Positions 1 to 14,664 are shown, counted from the first letter of the stretch. The stretch is DNA of 64,000 nucleotides from Eledone cirrhosa (GCA_964016885.1 OZ024745.1:120156001-120220000); one strand, 5' to 3'. Program-made: numbers and translations. Notes: a model not told the origin generated them from the letters alone.

Positions 1-316
1 ATACATATAAATATACATATATATATAAATATACATACATATATACATACATATATACATATAAATATATGGAATAGAATGAAACGAAATGTATACATAC
101 ATGCATTCTTACATATAAATATAGATATACATCTACATCATTTATAGTTACAAATACAAGTGAATAAACAAGCATGAAAAAACTATAGAAAAATATCAAT
201 GTTTTTTTTTAAGATGAAAATACTTCAGAAATAAAAACGAAATAATTTCAATTTTTCTTCCAATTATTGTCTTCAATATTCCTCTCATTCAATATAATGA
301 TATAACAATACATATT

Positions 317-347
<31 letters not shown>

Positions 348-373
348 AGAAAAGATGGTTAAAAGAGTTCCAT

Positions 374-444
374 GTATTTTATTATGCGCATTTCAAAAAC
401 AAATATCATCATGCAATAATATTTGTGTTTTCATCAGATAAAAC
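374..444 (-). ncRNA. Hammerhead ribozyme motif (mirror copy in inverted arm)
   Basis: Reverse complement of the 534-606 motif. Confidence 0.75.
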
Positions 445-533
445 AGGAAGACATGATATGAAGGTTAAAAAACATATGTTGATTTAAAACTGCGCTATCC
501 ACAAGTGTTTTTTAACCTTCATATCATGTCTTC

Positions 534-606
534 CTGTTTTATCTGATGAAAACACAAATATTATTGCATGATGATATTTGTTTTTGAAATGCGCATAATA
601 AAATAC
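534..606 (+). ncRNA. Minimal type I hammerhead ribozyme motif
   Basis: ttttat CTGATGA [aaacacaaatattattgcatgatgatatttgttttt stem II] GAAA tgcgca TA ataaaa: palindromic stem III, stem I ttttat/ataaaa. Confidence 0.8.
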
Positions 607-721
607 ATGGAACTCTTTTAACCATCTTTTGTTCTTATATATACTCCAGTCCTACAAACTGTAGAGTGCTTCTTATCCGATATCTGCATTGCTTTATTGT
701 ACTACAATAAAACTCACCTCC

Positions 722-1540
<819 letters not shown>

Positions 1541-1684
1541 TGCATTCGATAGAGATCAATAGATGGTAGGCGATTTATAGATGTTGAAAGATAGAGGAAG
1601 AGATTGATAAATAGAGTTAATTAAAGATATTGGATGAGATATGAAGATAGAGGTGTAAATATAGGAATATATGGAGGGGGGGGG

Positions 1685-1743
<59 letters not shown>

Positions 1744-1893
1744 ATAAAAATGGAAAGAAAAGAAAAAAAAAGACAGAAAGAAAATGGAGAGAAATAAAGA
1801 AAGAAAGAAAGAAAGAAAGAAAGTGGAGAGAAATAAAGTAAGTAAGAAAGAAAGTGGAGAGAAAGAAAGAAAGAAAGAAAGTGGAGAGAAATA

Positions 1894-1929
<36 letters not shown>

Positions 1930-2050
1930 GCGAAAGAAAGTGGAGAGAAATAAAGTAAGAAAGTGGACAGAAAGAACGAAAGAAAGTGGAGAGAAATAAA
2001 GAAAGAAAGAAAGACAGAAAGAACGAAAGAAAGTGGAGAGAAATAAAGAG
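1685..2050. repeat. (GAAA)n / purine-rich compound microsatellite
   Basis: Direct reading of the sequence. Confidence 0.95.
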
Positions 2051-2283
2051 ATATCGGGATATCGAAAAAATATGACATGCTCAAATAAAAGTAAGAATAT
2101 CAATTAATACTGTTGACAAAAGAAAATGATGAGGTCTTATCACTTCCATAATCACATTTAAATCAGATTTTTTCAATTTTATTCAAGTATTAAATTTTTC
2201 ATTCTAATATGGCGTCATTTGATTTGTTATTGATATCGTTATAATATTAATAATATTGTTATTAATATTGTTATTAATAATAA

Positions 2284-2502
2284 TTGTTTCTTATATAGGA
2301 ACAAGACCAGCAATTTGGGGGAAGGGGAAAGTCGATTTGAATCGATCCCAGTGCGTGACTGGTACTTTATTTTATCGACCCCGTAAGGATGAAAGGCAAA
2401 GTTAACCTCGGCGGGATTTGAACTCAGACCATAAAGGGCCGTAACTCTATGCTGCAAAGCATGGCGTCCGACCATCTATCGATACAGCCAATCCAACGCC
2501 CT
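2284..2502 (-). mobile_element. tRNA-derived SINE (family S)
   Basis: Minus strand has box A-like TGGCTGTATCG, box B GAGTTCAAATCC and core GCCTTTCATCCTTACGGGGTCGATAAAAT. The tail runs into (ATT)n. More than 12 copies in the window. Confidence 0.85.
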
Positions 2503-2529
2503 AATAATATTAATAATAATAAAAATAAT

Positions 2530-3370
2530 GGTTTCTAATTTAGGCACAAGGCCAAGAACTTTGGGTTGAGGAAAGTCCGTTAAATCGACACCAATGCATT
2601 ACTACTTGTGACGCTAAACTCCGCCAGTTGCAAACTGCGCATCAACATAAGATATTTTTCTCCACAAAGTTCGATCACCCACAGCAGAGTTTAAAGAGCA
2701 AAGATCAAGTCCAGTCCATAAGTTGACATTGTCGAGCCATCGTTTTGGCTGGCCGCCTCTGCTTCACTTACCAGCTAACCTTCCAGGTATAACCTACTCA
2801 CACCACGAGTTGATCTATATCACCGTATAGTTTGAGTACTCTTGACTTGACAATTGATATAATTGATCTATGTTTGGTAATGTTGAGCAGCTCACTGATC
2901 CAGATATGGTCGCTGAGTCGCTTGCCAGTCTCATGTGCACATCACCTTCATTGACTTCACAAAAGCTTTTATGTGAAACTACCCAAACAAGTCCTCAATT
3001 AACAAAAAATACAACCTACTGAAAGAAACTTACACCAACTCAACAGCATATATCAAAGCAGATTAGGGAACTATACGGTGTATAGACATCTTCAAGGGAG
3101 TTAATCAGGGGGACGTACTATCAGCACTTCTTTTCTGTATAGTTATAGCTGCACTTATCTACCAAACTGAAGAAGAAAACTCCTCTGGCTATCAAATAGG
3201 AGGTAAAATCCTATCAAATCTTAGTTATGCAGATGATCTGGCCATCATGAATTACTCTAGAATGCGTTACTAGTACTTTATTTTATAGAACCTGAAATGA
3301 TGAAAGGCAAAGCTAACCTCCGTGGGATTTGAACTCAGAGCGAAAAGGGCCGTAACTCGATACTGCCAAA
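2530..3370 (-). mobile_element. SINE family S copy split by an RTE-type LINE insertion
   Basis: SINE 3' part at 2530-2603 and remainder at 3261-3370 are collinear with other copies. Confidence 0.7.
2604..3260 (-). mobile_element. Truncated RTE-type LINE with inverted 5' segment
   Basis: 2604-~2975 minus strand encodes the C-terminal motif SRGGQPKRWLDNVNLWTGL. ~2975-3260 plus strand encodes RT motifs KGVNQGDVLSALLF...NLSYADDLAI. Flanked by aatgcattact / aatgcgttact. Confidence 0.75.
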
Positions 3371-3379
3371 CTTAATAAT

Positions 3380-3566
3380 TGTTTCTACGTTTGGCACAAG
3401 GCCGGCAATCACCCAGTGCATTACTGGTACTTTATTTTATCGACCCCGTAAAGATGAAAGGCAAAGTTAACCTCGGCGAGATTTGAACTCAGAATGGCAA
3501 GAGCCGTAACTCTATACGTCAAAGCATGGCGTCCGACCCTCTACCGATACTGCCAATCAACCGCCC
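3380..3566 (-). mobile_element. SINE family S with 16 bp TSD
   Basis: Full copy. tgccaaacttaataat is duplicated at 3364-3379 and 3567-3582. Confidence 0.9.
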
Positions 3567-3734
3567 TGCCAAACTTAATAATAAAACACAAAATGCTTCT
3601 AAATAAGTTTTATCTTGTTTATTGTATTATCTTTTATTCTAACTTCTCCCTTAGCTCCCTATAGCTCACTCTTTTTACTTTGATCTGAACCACACTACAA
3701 AAGAAAACTACACAATAAAAGTAACGTTTTCGTC

Positions 3735-4060
3735 ATCACTTTGGCGTCCTCAGCCGAAACGGACTCGGCAATTGATCTCCACATGGGTCTGTCGTTCATT
3801 CCCGCTGATAAATCCTGGATTTCAAAACCGGAATCTCTGGAAATGACATCGGGATAGGAGAGCTTGCGACCCCAGTTATTGAGACTGCTTGTGGTTTCCA
3901 GAGCACTAATGGCGACACATCCTCATAAGTGGCACGATGGCAGTGGCCAGCAAATCTTAGTCTCCTTTTACGTACAACGACAGATATGCGTGGGAGGCCG
4001 GCATATATCTCTCTCAAAGTCAGGTGTCGCCAGCTTATGTTCTGAATGTGTTGAAGCAGG
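3735..4060 (-). pseudogene. 3' fragment of RTE-like LINE ORF
   Basis: Translation KRRLRFAGHCHRATYEDVSPLVLWKP, typical of LINE (RTE-like) C-termini. Confidence 0.7.
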
Positions 4061-4221
4061 CGAGTGTAATGTATTGAATATCTTTCAACTTATATAAACC
4101 AAGAATTGGTTTATTGTCACCTATTAAATAAATTCATATATTTTCATCACAAACATATTTTGATAAGTAACATTGAAGAAAAGAAATATTTAAGAAGTAG
4201 TGTATTATTGCATAGTTAAAA

Positions 4222-4525
4222 AATGACAAAATACAAAGATAACGTCGGACGCCATGCTTTAATCATAGAGTTACGCCTTTTTACGGTCTGAGTTGTGATA
4301 ATCTCAGTTTATCGACATTTTTCAATTCATTATTTTAGATGTGTATTGGCAGTATCGGTAGAGCGTTAGATACCATGCTTTGCAGCATAGAGTTATGACC
4401 CTTTACGTTCTGAGTTCAAATCCCGCCGAGGTTAACTTTGCCTTTCATCCTTACGGGGTAGATAAAATAAAGCACCAGTAATACACTGGGTAATTGCTGG
4501 CCTTGTGCTAAAAGTAGAAACAATT
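4222..4525 (+). mobile_element. SINE family S (partial copy plus near-full copy 4338-4525)
   Basis: Similarity to the other copies, with box B GAGTTCAAATCC. Confidence 0.85.
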
Positions 4526-5119
4526 ATATGTTGTTGTTTTTTTAAAGAAGGAAGAAACGATTCGTTGCAAAATTTTGAAATTACAATTTTTACTAAGTAA
4601 CATATTAAAACATTCCTACGAATCATCCCAGTTATTGTTCGTAATTCAAAGAGAAATGGTCAAACCTCTTATTGTTATTTAAAGGAGAACTAAACTTTCG
4701 AAAATAGACTAGAATAAACTTTAGCATTACGTATAAAGAACTTGCATAGGATTAAACAAACGCATTTCAAACAAATTTTCCACTGAAAGAATATATTGGT
4801 TTTGTTTACATTATATGGTAAATAGCTTTCATGTTTAAAGATTAGCTTCCAATTGAAAAATAAAATCCAAGATAGAAAATAGCAATTATAATTGTTGTAT
4901 CTCCCATAAGTTTATATAGCTCTATGTTCCTATAGTATTGTTCTGGAAAGTCAAGATAAAATACATCGTACTAGATATAAGCATGATAACAATGTAAAGA
5001 AATGGTAAAAAAGTGCAACAGGTGAGATATAAATTTAGTGTAAAAGAGAAGAGGTGAGTAAAGCAAATATTTGACATGTTTGAGAAAACAACACATCCGA
5101 TATTGTGAATTACTACGTA

Positions 5120-5615
5120 GAACGTGGACACACACATACACACACACACATAATTAATACCGACATACCTACATACATGCATACAAACATGGGCACACAC
5201 ATACACACACATACATACCTACATACATACCTACCAACCTACCTACATACATACATACATACAAACGTGGCACACACATACACACACACACATACACACA
5301 TACCTACATCCCTACCTACCGACCTACCTACCTACATATATACATACATACAAACGTGCGCACACACATAAACACACACATAGCTACCGACCGACCTGCA
5401 TACATACATACATACAAACGTGCGAATACACATACACACGCACACACACACACACACACACACACCAACATACCTACATACCTACATACCTACATACCTA
5501 CATACATACATGTATATGTATGTATATATTTATGTGAGTGTATGTGTGTGTGTATGTGCGTATGAATGTATATACTTATGAGTGTATGTGTGTGTATGTG
5601 TATGTATATATATAT
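5120..5615. repeat. (CA)n/(CATA)n/(CCTA)n compound microsatellite
   Basis: Direct reading of the sequence. Confidence 0.9.
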
Positions 5616-5769
5616 ACAGGGTAACTGGCATAAAAAGCGATGGGAAAACTTGAAAATTGAAATGTGTGCGACCTAAGGTAAACTAACCGTAGAAGTAGTC
5701 GGTCATTATAAATAATAGTTTAGGAAATCGGGCAAAGTACCATTGGAGAGAGAAAAAAAAGTAGTCAGA

Positions 5770-5841
5770 GACTCCTGCGAGGAATCGAGCTCAACCTCTC
5801 ACTGATACCGGCGAATGCGTTAGCCACCGTGTTAAAGAGCC
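5770..5841 (-). pseudogene. tRNA-like sequence (tRNA pseudogene or SINE head)
   Basis: 72 nt ggctctt...aggagtc forms a 7 bp acceptor-like stem, with GGTGG D-loop-like and CTCGATTCC T-loop-like motifs. Arms are imperfect. Confidence 0.4.
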
Positions 5842-5908
5842 GCTGGTCACCAAATGCCTTGAGAGTGAAATTTAGTACACAGAATGTGTACGGGTGCCAT
5901 TCCTATAT

Positions 5909-6222
<314 letters not shown>

Positions 6223-6389
6223 GAGAGAATATTTTAGTATCGTGAAAGAGTAGAAGGTTTAAAGGGATAAGCGATACATATAGATCATTGCCAAAAGCTG
6301 GTGCATTTGTGCTCAATACTTGTGCCTACAGGGTTAAATATCGGAAGCGTTAATATTTAGTGGGTGAGAATATAAGCAGAGCGGTTACA

Positions 6390-7060
6390 AACGAAAGAAT
6401 TACGAAAGAGAATACATACTGTTAGAACATGTTTATACAATAAGCACCTACGTACGTTTCGTCCGAAAAGGGCTTCTCAAACGAATCTAGAGAGTGTTCA
6501 ATACAGAACCCAATATGGTAAAGCTTTACCATATCGTAAGAGCACCCCTAGAGCTCATCAACAGCAGAGCAGAATCTGTGATAAACTGCAGACACAGAAT
6601 ACAGCAGTCATTTTATGGTTGGACCCCGGTTGATATCTGAACACCATAAACCGGGTCCCCCTGCAGCAAACCATAACACGCCTGCTGGCGGGGTGCATAA
6701 CTAAACATCTGTACACCAACTATGCCTCTTAGATCCGGCCTGACTAAGTAGTAGTAAATGGGCACCCATAAAATAGTAGTGGAAAACAATCATCATGTGA
6801 ACGGATAATAACCCATTTATCGACACTTATTCAAACACCAGTCAGAGTTACTCCCCTTGCTTTGTGATGCAAACAGCCATATCTGTTTGAATCAAACATG
6901 AACTTCGATGTGATTATCTTCTTAAAGCCCCTTCTGAGTTCTGTATTGAATACTCTCTAGATTTGTATGCCCTTGAGAAGCCCTTTTCGGACGAAACGTA
7001 CGTACGTGCTTATTGTATAAACATGTTCTAACAGTCTGTATTCTCTTTCGTAATTCTTTC

Positions 7061-7063
<3 letters not shown>
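6390..7063 (+). mobile_element. Truncated PLE with inverted pLTR
   Basis: ~120 bp inverted repeat (6393-6510 / 6937-7060). Internal translation ELINSRAESVINCRHR resembles the Naiad C-terminus LNxRxExxxxCRH. Degenerate HHR ...GAAA cgtacg TA at ~6965-7009. Confidence 0.65.
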
Positions 7064-7115
<52 letters not shown>

Positions 7116-7405
7116 GATTCTGCCGTCGATTGGTTATTGATTAGGCGATACCCGCTGATGAAGCCGCATAAGCCGATTGTGCATTGTTGCATAATATATG
7201 CAGACAGATAGTGCAGTGCACCTTACTGCTGCATTAGTGCGGCAGAAACTCGAGTCCGGGAACCTTATAGGCACCCGTTTCACGTGTGTTGTGTTGAGGC
7301 AAATAACTATGTGTATACTCTGGTAATGTATCTTACATTGCCCATTGAGTGCGCTGAGATACAACCGGTACTGGCATTGATAAATATGCTGGGTCCGTCA
7401 ACGCT

Positions 7406-7459
<54 letters not shown>

Positions 7460-8291
7460 GGTGGTGTTTGTGCGTGTTAGCTCACCGTGCTTTTAATATA
7501 TTGTTTAACCCAATGTCCAACCAAATAAAGCGTGCCATCGTTCATATGTAAGTAGAAAATCCCGTTTAACACCACTATCTGGCCCTATGGGATGTTTCTC
7601 CAGTTTGCATTCGGCTTATTGGTTGAGTCTGAAGATTATTCTTCCCTTCCTCTCTTCCTAACGTAAAAAATGAATCAGGACTGATGCCTTTCGCGTTTGA
7701 CTAACCATAACATAATCTAGAACTACATTATACCTCAAAGCCGGTAAAGTGTCATTTGAGTAAGATTTCGGCAGTTTCTAACAGTTTCTTTGCCTGCGTG
7801 TGTTCACACCATCACTTACTTATAACACTAATTGATTACAGGATTTCAAACAGATTTTGATCGTGTCTGACTTAGAGACTGTGTGCTTGGTTCGGATTAC
7901 AGCTAAGTTAAATGAGACCTAGTTTCTTTGTCGTAGCAATGCTTTCGTCTGTTAGAACAGTATCATCTCCCTAGGTATCATAATTATTCTATACTTTTCC
8001 AAGCTGTTCTTGTTGTTTACTCGCAGGGAGGCCATGATTAAGCAGAACTATAACCATTGGTGATTATATTTTTCAAGTTTCAATCAAATAGACTACATCG
8101 AGGTCGGGCACAGATTTCAATTATTTCATCTCGATACCTAGTGCTTTATCTAGTGGGAGTTTGGCTCCTCTGGGTTTGGACCTGGTGTACAGTGTCAGTT
8201 GTCCGTCTTGTGTTCTCTCACTCCCTTTCCTTTACTTTGTGTTCATTTTATAGATTTCTAACCAATAATATTTAGACAGTGGTGTTTCTCT

Positions 8292-8363
8292 TGTCGATCT
8301 AGTAAGGAGAAATGTCGATCTAGTAAGGAGAAATGTCGATCTAGTAAGGAGAAATGTCGATCT
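8292..8363. repeat. 3.4 x 21 bp perfect tandem repeat
   Basis: Unit tgtcgatctagtaaggagaaa. Confidence 0.95.
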
Positions 8364-8593
8364 TGAGATAATGGAATGTCACTGCGACGGACCCATTCAT
8401 CATGCATTTTTGGTTGACTCACCGACTCTACAAGAATCTCGCCAATATACATATACACTTGATAGGCTACATTGAACTATATATCATGCAAATTTCCCTC
8501 CCAATATGTTGGTCGATTCAAAGCGATAATACAAGTCATGGTTGTGTAGAATCAAGCCTGGAAAAATGAATTTTGTAACTACACTGTCAAACA

Positions 8594-8835
8594 TCTATTA
8601 ATATATAATAATCTTGTGCTTTTGTCCGTCACGCAAAGGGAGGTAACTCATCTATGTTTGAGTATATAAATATAAATACATACATATACATAAACATATA
8701 CATTATACAAAATAGTGATTACATACACACACATGTATGTGGTGAGTGTGGAAGGAAGGGGGCTGTGACAAACTATAGAAAACAGAGAACAGCGTTCGCT
8801 ACACCTGTGTTACTCATACATATAAATGTATATAT

Positions 8836-8924
<89 letters not shown>

Positions 8925-9258
8925 TACTCACACAGATATGCGTATGTATGTAATTAGGTTGGCTACACTTTTGTGAGTGTATGTGTGTCTGAGTGTATGT
9001 GTATCTGAGTGTTTGTGTGTGTGAGTGTATATTATGTGAGTGTATGTGTGTGTGAGTGTATGTGTCTGTGAGTGTATGTATGTGTGAGTGTATGTATGTG
9101 TGAGTGTATGTGTGTATGTGTTGTCCAGGGAGCCAAGTCCCTAGCAATATTGAAATACATTAGAATTATCAAGAATATAAAACGACCGCAGTTGAAAGGT
9201 ATATGTAAATACACATCTACCGTTTAGCCGCCATTTTAGACGGCACGGGGCCAGCTAG
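8594..9258 (+). mobile_element. Non-autonomous Helitron-like element
   Basis: Starts A|TC, ends with a GC-rich subterminal hairpin (ccgtttag...ttagacgg) and CTAG|T. Contains internal microsatellites and has no TSD. Confidence 0.6.
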
Positions 9259-9421
9259 TTATACAATAAGTACTAATTAATCATTTGTAATGGTTTATGG
9301 TAATAATTAATCCATGTTATCTGGGGCGGGGTGTATGCTTTGAATTAGATTCAAACGATGAATGTTTATTGATCAGGTTATAGAATTAGTGCAATGTTTT
9401 CGGAGGACATTGATATGATAA

Positions 9422-9518
9422 TTGTTTCGACTTTTGGCGCAAGGCCAGCAATTACCCAGTACATTACTGGTACTTTATTCTATCGACCCCGTAAGGATGA
9501 AAGGCAAAGTTAACCTCG
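9422..9518 (-). mobile_element. SINE family S, 3' half
   Basis: Matches the core and tail of other copies. Confidence 0.8.
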
Positions 9519-9624
9519 AAGTTGAGTACTCTCCATAATATTACATCAAGATTGACCATACGGAATGACCAATTCTATCCAGTGGTGAACCAACAAACCT
9601 AAATATATATATATATATATTGTT

Positions 9625-9770
9625 TTATATTAATTTATAATAAATTGGAGTGAAAGCAACTGGTGCGTGTGTTTCTTATTGGCAACATGACCCTCCCAAA
9701 GCATAACTATATCGGTTTCAACACACGTTTTCAGATAAAGAATCTTGCTAAACAAATTCAGAAACGAAAT
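9625..9770 (+). mobile_element. pLTR end of the Neptune-like PLE family
   Basis: Near-identical to 29070-29210. Lies between (TA)n arrays. Confidence 0.75.
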
Positions 9771-9777
9771 ATATATA

Positions 9778-9826
<49 letters not shown>

Positions 9827-9828
<2 letters not shown>

Positions 9829-9990
9829 CGAAGGAAGTGTGGTAAGGGACCAGATGGACCATAACACACCAGAGTATTCAATACTTAGGGTAGTAGAGTG
9901 GGTAATAGGAAAACGTTTAACCCCGACGGCAGAGCTCAAGCCGTTTCGACGGCTATTTCTGGACTAAATTAGAATTTTTCAGCGTCGTAA
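9827..9990 (-). mobile_element. PLE pLTR-like repeat (family also at 38386-38520 and 49997-52838)
   Basis: Shared ~90-130 bp sequence that always abuts (TA)n. Contains the 3' half of an HHR-like fold, GAAA cggc-loop-gccg TC. Confidence 0.55.
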
Positions 9991-10561
9991 TAAATAGCCA
10001 AACTTTTCAAGAGGTAATTCCTTATATGGGAAGATTGTAGTTGTCAAAAGGATTGGTCAAAATGTCTTGTAAACACAATTAAATCTTTCATGGCGATGGG
10101 TGGGAGGTGGGCATGGCTGAACTTGCCTGTAGAACAATGAGGGAGTGGGTGGAGCCGGTCAAGCGTTGAAAGTGAATTCTATACAGCAAATTCTAAGGAG
10201 TGTGTATGAAATCAGGCTAGGTAGCAAGCAAGCGAAAAAGAATTCTGGAGGAATCTGAGAGTGGGACGTTATAAAATTAAATGGTTAATAAATTGAGATT
10301 AAAAGATAATAAATAAAAATGATAAAAAAATTAAATAGTAAAAAATGATAAAAATCTCTAGAGTCTAAAGCAGTTGCTATAATTTTACAATATTCCGTAT
10401 TTGCGGCCCTATATTTTACGTTATGTTTTGACGTTTATAGGCATTTTTATAGACCACGTCCAATATTCGCGGTCTTTCACTCTTCCCGGGTGCTCTAGGA
10501 ACGTAACCCACGCGAATATAGGTTGGTTCAAAATGAAGTTGACCAGTATAATTTAAATAGT

Positions 10562-10950
10562 AGGGCCGTGGATTAGCAGTATCAGTAGAGGGTCAGACAC
10601 TATGCTTTCCAGCATAGAGCTACGTCCCTTTACGATCTGAGTTCAAATCCCGCCGAGCTTAACTTTGCCTTTCATCCCTACGGAGTCGATAAAATAAAGT
10701 ACCAGTAATGCACTGATATAATTACTGGCCTTGTGCCAAAAGTAGAAACAATTATTTTAGATGTGAATTGACTGTATCAGTAGAGCGTCAGACGCCATGC
10801 TTTGCAGCATAGTTATGACCCTTTACGGTCTGAGTTCAAATCCAGCTAAGGTTAACATTGCCTTTCATTCTTAGGGGGTCGATAAAATAAAGTACCAGTA
10901 ATGCACTGGGATAATTGCTCGCCTTGTGCCAAAAGTAGAAACAATTATTC
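10562..10950 (+). mobile_element. Two tandem SINE family S copies
   Basis: Copies at 10562-10755 and 10758-10950. Confidence 0.9.
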
Positions 10951-11287
10951 AAATACTATACGATCGTAATAATTCATCAGCAATAATAGATATCAAATAG
11001 CTATACTCATGTTATTCCATACGAGCGTTACGTCTGGCTTATTTATATCAACATTGTAATACTGGAACAATCTTTTGTAAAAGGAATTGAAATTTACAGA
11101 GAGCAACATGAAAAATTGAAATAAGAAATCCAGATAAAATTAAATATAAAAGCCTAGAGTGAAAATAATTGTAAAAAATGTAGAGAGGAAAATGTCAAGG
11201 AGTGAGGTCAGAAGTGATGGGTCCTCCTACGTAGTGGCCTTTCCTTTGAAATAAGCTATATATTATTAAATTGTAAAGTGTTTATAA

Positions 11288-11600
11288 CAGGCGGCGAATT
11301 GGCAGAGTCGTTGGAATGTCAGATAGAATGCTTTATGGTATTCGTTCCGATTCTCTACTCCCACTAAAGCCAATTTATTAAAAAAAGTACCGGTCTAGTA
11401 TTGGGATGGATTCTTCCTCTATATCTCTTTCTCGTTTCCTCTCCCTCTCTCTCTCGCTCTCTCTATCTTTCTCTGGAAGAAATCTGCTGTACTCAGACCT
11501 GGAGAGGGATGGGCTCCACCAAGCTTAAAATGCCCAAGAAACGCCGTATATCAATACGGCGCCCCTCCGACTCTATCAGGAGTTATCTGTGGATATACAG
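11288..11600 (+). mobile_element. Second tRNA-SINE subfamily with longer 3' part
   Basis: Head ggcggcgaattggcagagtcg (box A). The 3' part is shared with 27885-28180 (+) and 28200-28395 (-). Confidence 0.6.
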
Positions 11601-12596
11601 TTGTGAAATAGGCAATGAGAGGATATATACATACATACGTGCGTACACACGTATATATACGTACACACATACACACTAATATTAGCACACGTTTACACCG
11701 CATGTATCTGCATTTATTTGGACTCACATACATGCAAATCTGAGTATACACAAATAAATGAATGATCACATAACATAAATTCACATAAATACAGTGGCGT
11801 ATCTCCCGATAACGCCATATCTTTTCTTCATACTTGCTGTGAAGTGATACTTATGTGGACTTTCATATGTATTCTTCCTTAAATGAACATCATTATGACT
11901 CGTCTTGTTTATTATATGATTACATCGGCTTTTTCACTGTTTAGTCAGGAAAGGAAAGGAAACGAGTCTTTTGAATCCCTTCGAGGTTGGTAGAAGGAAA
12001 GGAGGGAGATTATATACTCTCATCGGAAACCTTGACTGAGTGTTTGCAACAGAGTGGACTTCTCTAAAGGCATCGAAGATCAGGTGGTTGTATAAAACCG
12101 GACAACCAGTTAAGTCTACCAGCCTAACAAATGACCCTTGGTGATATTAATATAGAGGTAGGTATGATAGATGGAATTTTAGATATATTAATCGCGACGC
12201 GTGTTGGAAAGAAATGGAACGTGAGAAAATGTGTCTATGTCGGTACCCAGATAGATAGTTAAAAGGAAAAAACGGAAAAGAAGCCGTCATATTGGACCAA
12301 GAAAATAATGTTTCCATTGGTATTTCCATCGTGTCATAATCTATCAATCGAAACTCCTGACAATAGGAAGCAAAGTTTTAACACAGAACGCACAGGACCA
12401 GATCATTCATAACATGACATCAAATTTACATTTTTAACAATTACACCAATCCACCTTCCCTGAATTTGGTGCTTTATTTGTCGATCCAGGAAGATTGAAA
12501 TGTAAATTTAACCTATGCACTATTTGAACTCAGAGCGCAATAAACAGAGGCATTTAATCCGGCATCCTTACGGTTTTGCTAATTTACTGCCTATAT

Positions 12597-12863
12597 CAGT
12601 CAAGGGCAACCTGAATATCTCGCCTAAGTCACCTAAGTGAAATATTTCTGATTTTTTTACACCAACTTTTCAGTCGTAATTTATCTTTCTATCATTCTTA
12701 CGATCGAGGAAAACAACGTGTACGAATTCTGCAGAAACAAATCAAAACAAACTGACTTACAGCCCTTTTTTTATGTGAGCACGAATGTAAATTAGCGCTT
12801 GTGGCCCGCCTGATGATGAGCCATATCTCATGCGGTCCGCTTCTTAAAAAAGGTTGCCCATGC
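12597..12863. mobile_element. hAT-like MITE
   Basis: TIR-like caagggcaacct ... aggttgcccatg. The interior is repeated at ~30965-31210. Confidence 0.6.
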
Positions 12864-13427
12864 AATAATTAAACGGAAAGACCTAATATATATAACATAT
12901 TGTTTCACTTAACATCTGTAGATTTAGTTTATTTAAAGCTTTAAATATATTGTATATGTAGAAAGAGAAATATATATATCTTGGTTCACATAAAAATATT
13001 TGTTGAAGTGGTGATAATTCCTGATCCTGATTCGCTCAAATATCTTAACTTAACCCTTGGTATAGTTTAAAGCAATTTTAGAGTTGCACAGATCTTTAAT
13101 GCTTTCATCCACTATATGTATTCTCTGGATCTGAGAAATATTTGCAATAGCTATTTTTAACGTTTTATGAATGTTTCAAGTCTTTTAAACATCAGTTACC
13201 ATAAAAGCGCATGAAGTATTTGACACACAATGTAAATTTACAGCACAACATTGGATTTAGCACTGCTCGAAATTAGATTTAGAATAACACAAGTAGGGGT
13301 TAACTGCCCGTTAAAACATTTACTGCCTTAAGCGTTCTGTGGCAATACTTCTACTATGTTTATTTTCAACAAATAAAGACATTTGACTATTTGATTTTAT
13401 TATAATCGTTATAATTATATGGCGCAA

Positions 13428-14630
13428 AACTCAGTAGAAGTGTGTGTGTATGTAACTCAGTAGATGTGTGTGTATGTAACTCAGTAGAAGTGTGTGTGTA
13501 TGTAACTCAGTAGAGCTGTGTGTGTGTGTGTATGTAACTCAGTAGAAGTGTGTGTGTGTATGTAACTCAATAGATGTGTGTGTATGTAACTCAGTAGATG
13601 TGTGTGCGTGTCTGTATGTAACTCAGTAGATGTGTGTGTATGTAACTCAGTAGATGTATGTGTATGTAACTCAGTAGATGTGTGTGTGTGTGTATGTAAC
13701 TCAGTAGAAGTGTGTGTGTGTATGTAACTCAATAGATGTGTGTGTATGTAACTCAGTAGAAGTGTGTGTGTATGTACTCAGTAGATGTGTGAGTATGTAA
13801 CTCAGTAGATGTGTGTGTATATGTAACTCCGTAGAAGTGTGTGTGTATGTAACTCAGTAGAGGTGTGTGTGTATGTAATTCAGTAGATGTGTGTGTGTAT
13901 GTAACTTAGTAGATGTATGTGTGTATGTAACTCAGTAGATGTGTGCGTGTATGTAACTCAGTAGAAGTATGTGTGTATGTAACTTAGTAGATTTGTGTGT
14001 GTATGTAACTCAGTAGATGTGTGTGTATGTAACTCAGTAGAAGTGTGTGTGTAAGTAACTCAGTAGATGTGTGTGTATGTAACTCAGTAGAAGTGTGTGT
14101 GTATGTAACTCAGTAGAAGTATGTGTATGTAACTCAATAGATGTGTGTGTGTGTATGTAACTTAGTAGATGTGTGTGTGTATGTAACTCAGTAGATGTAT
14201 GTGTATGTAACTCAGTAGATGTATGTGTATGTAACTCAGTAGATGTGTATGTGTATGTAACTCAGTAGATGTGTGTGTGTGTATGTAACTTAGTAGATGT
14301 GTGTGTGTATGTAACTCAGTAGATGTGTGTGTGTATGTAACTCAGTAGATGTGTGTGTGTGTGTAACTCAGTAGATGTGTGTGTATGTAACTCAGTAGAA
14401 GTGTGTGTGTATGTAACTCAGTAGATGTATGTGTGTATGTAACTCAGTAGATGTGTGTGTGTGTGTAACTCAGTAGATGTGTGTGCGTTTGTAACTCAGT
14501 AGATGTGTGTGTGTTTGTAACTCAGTAGATGTGTGTGTATGTAACTCAGTAGAAGTGTGTGTGTATGTAACTCAGTAGATGTGTGTGGGTATGTAACTCA
14601 GTAGATGTGTGTGTGTATGTAACTCAGTAG

Positions 14631-14664
<34 letters not shown>

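Noticed and set aside
12810-12835. CTGATGA in the hAT-like MITE (also at 31201), at 7155 and at 44372
   Set aside because: No correctly placed GAAA with stems I-III.
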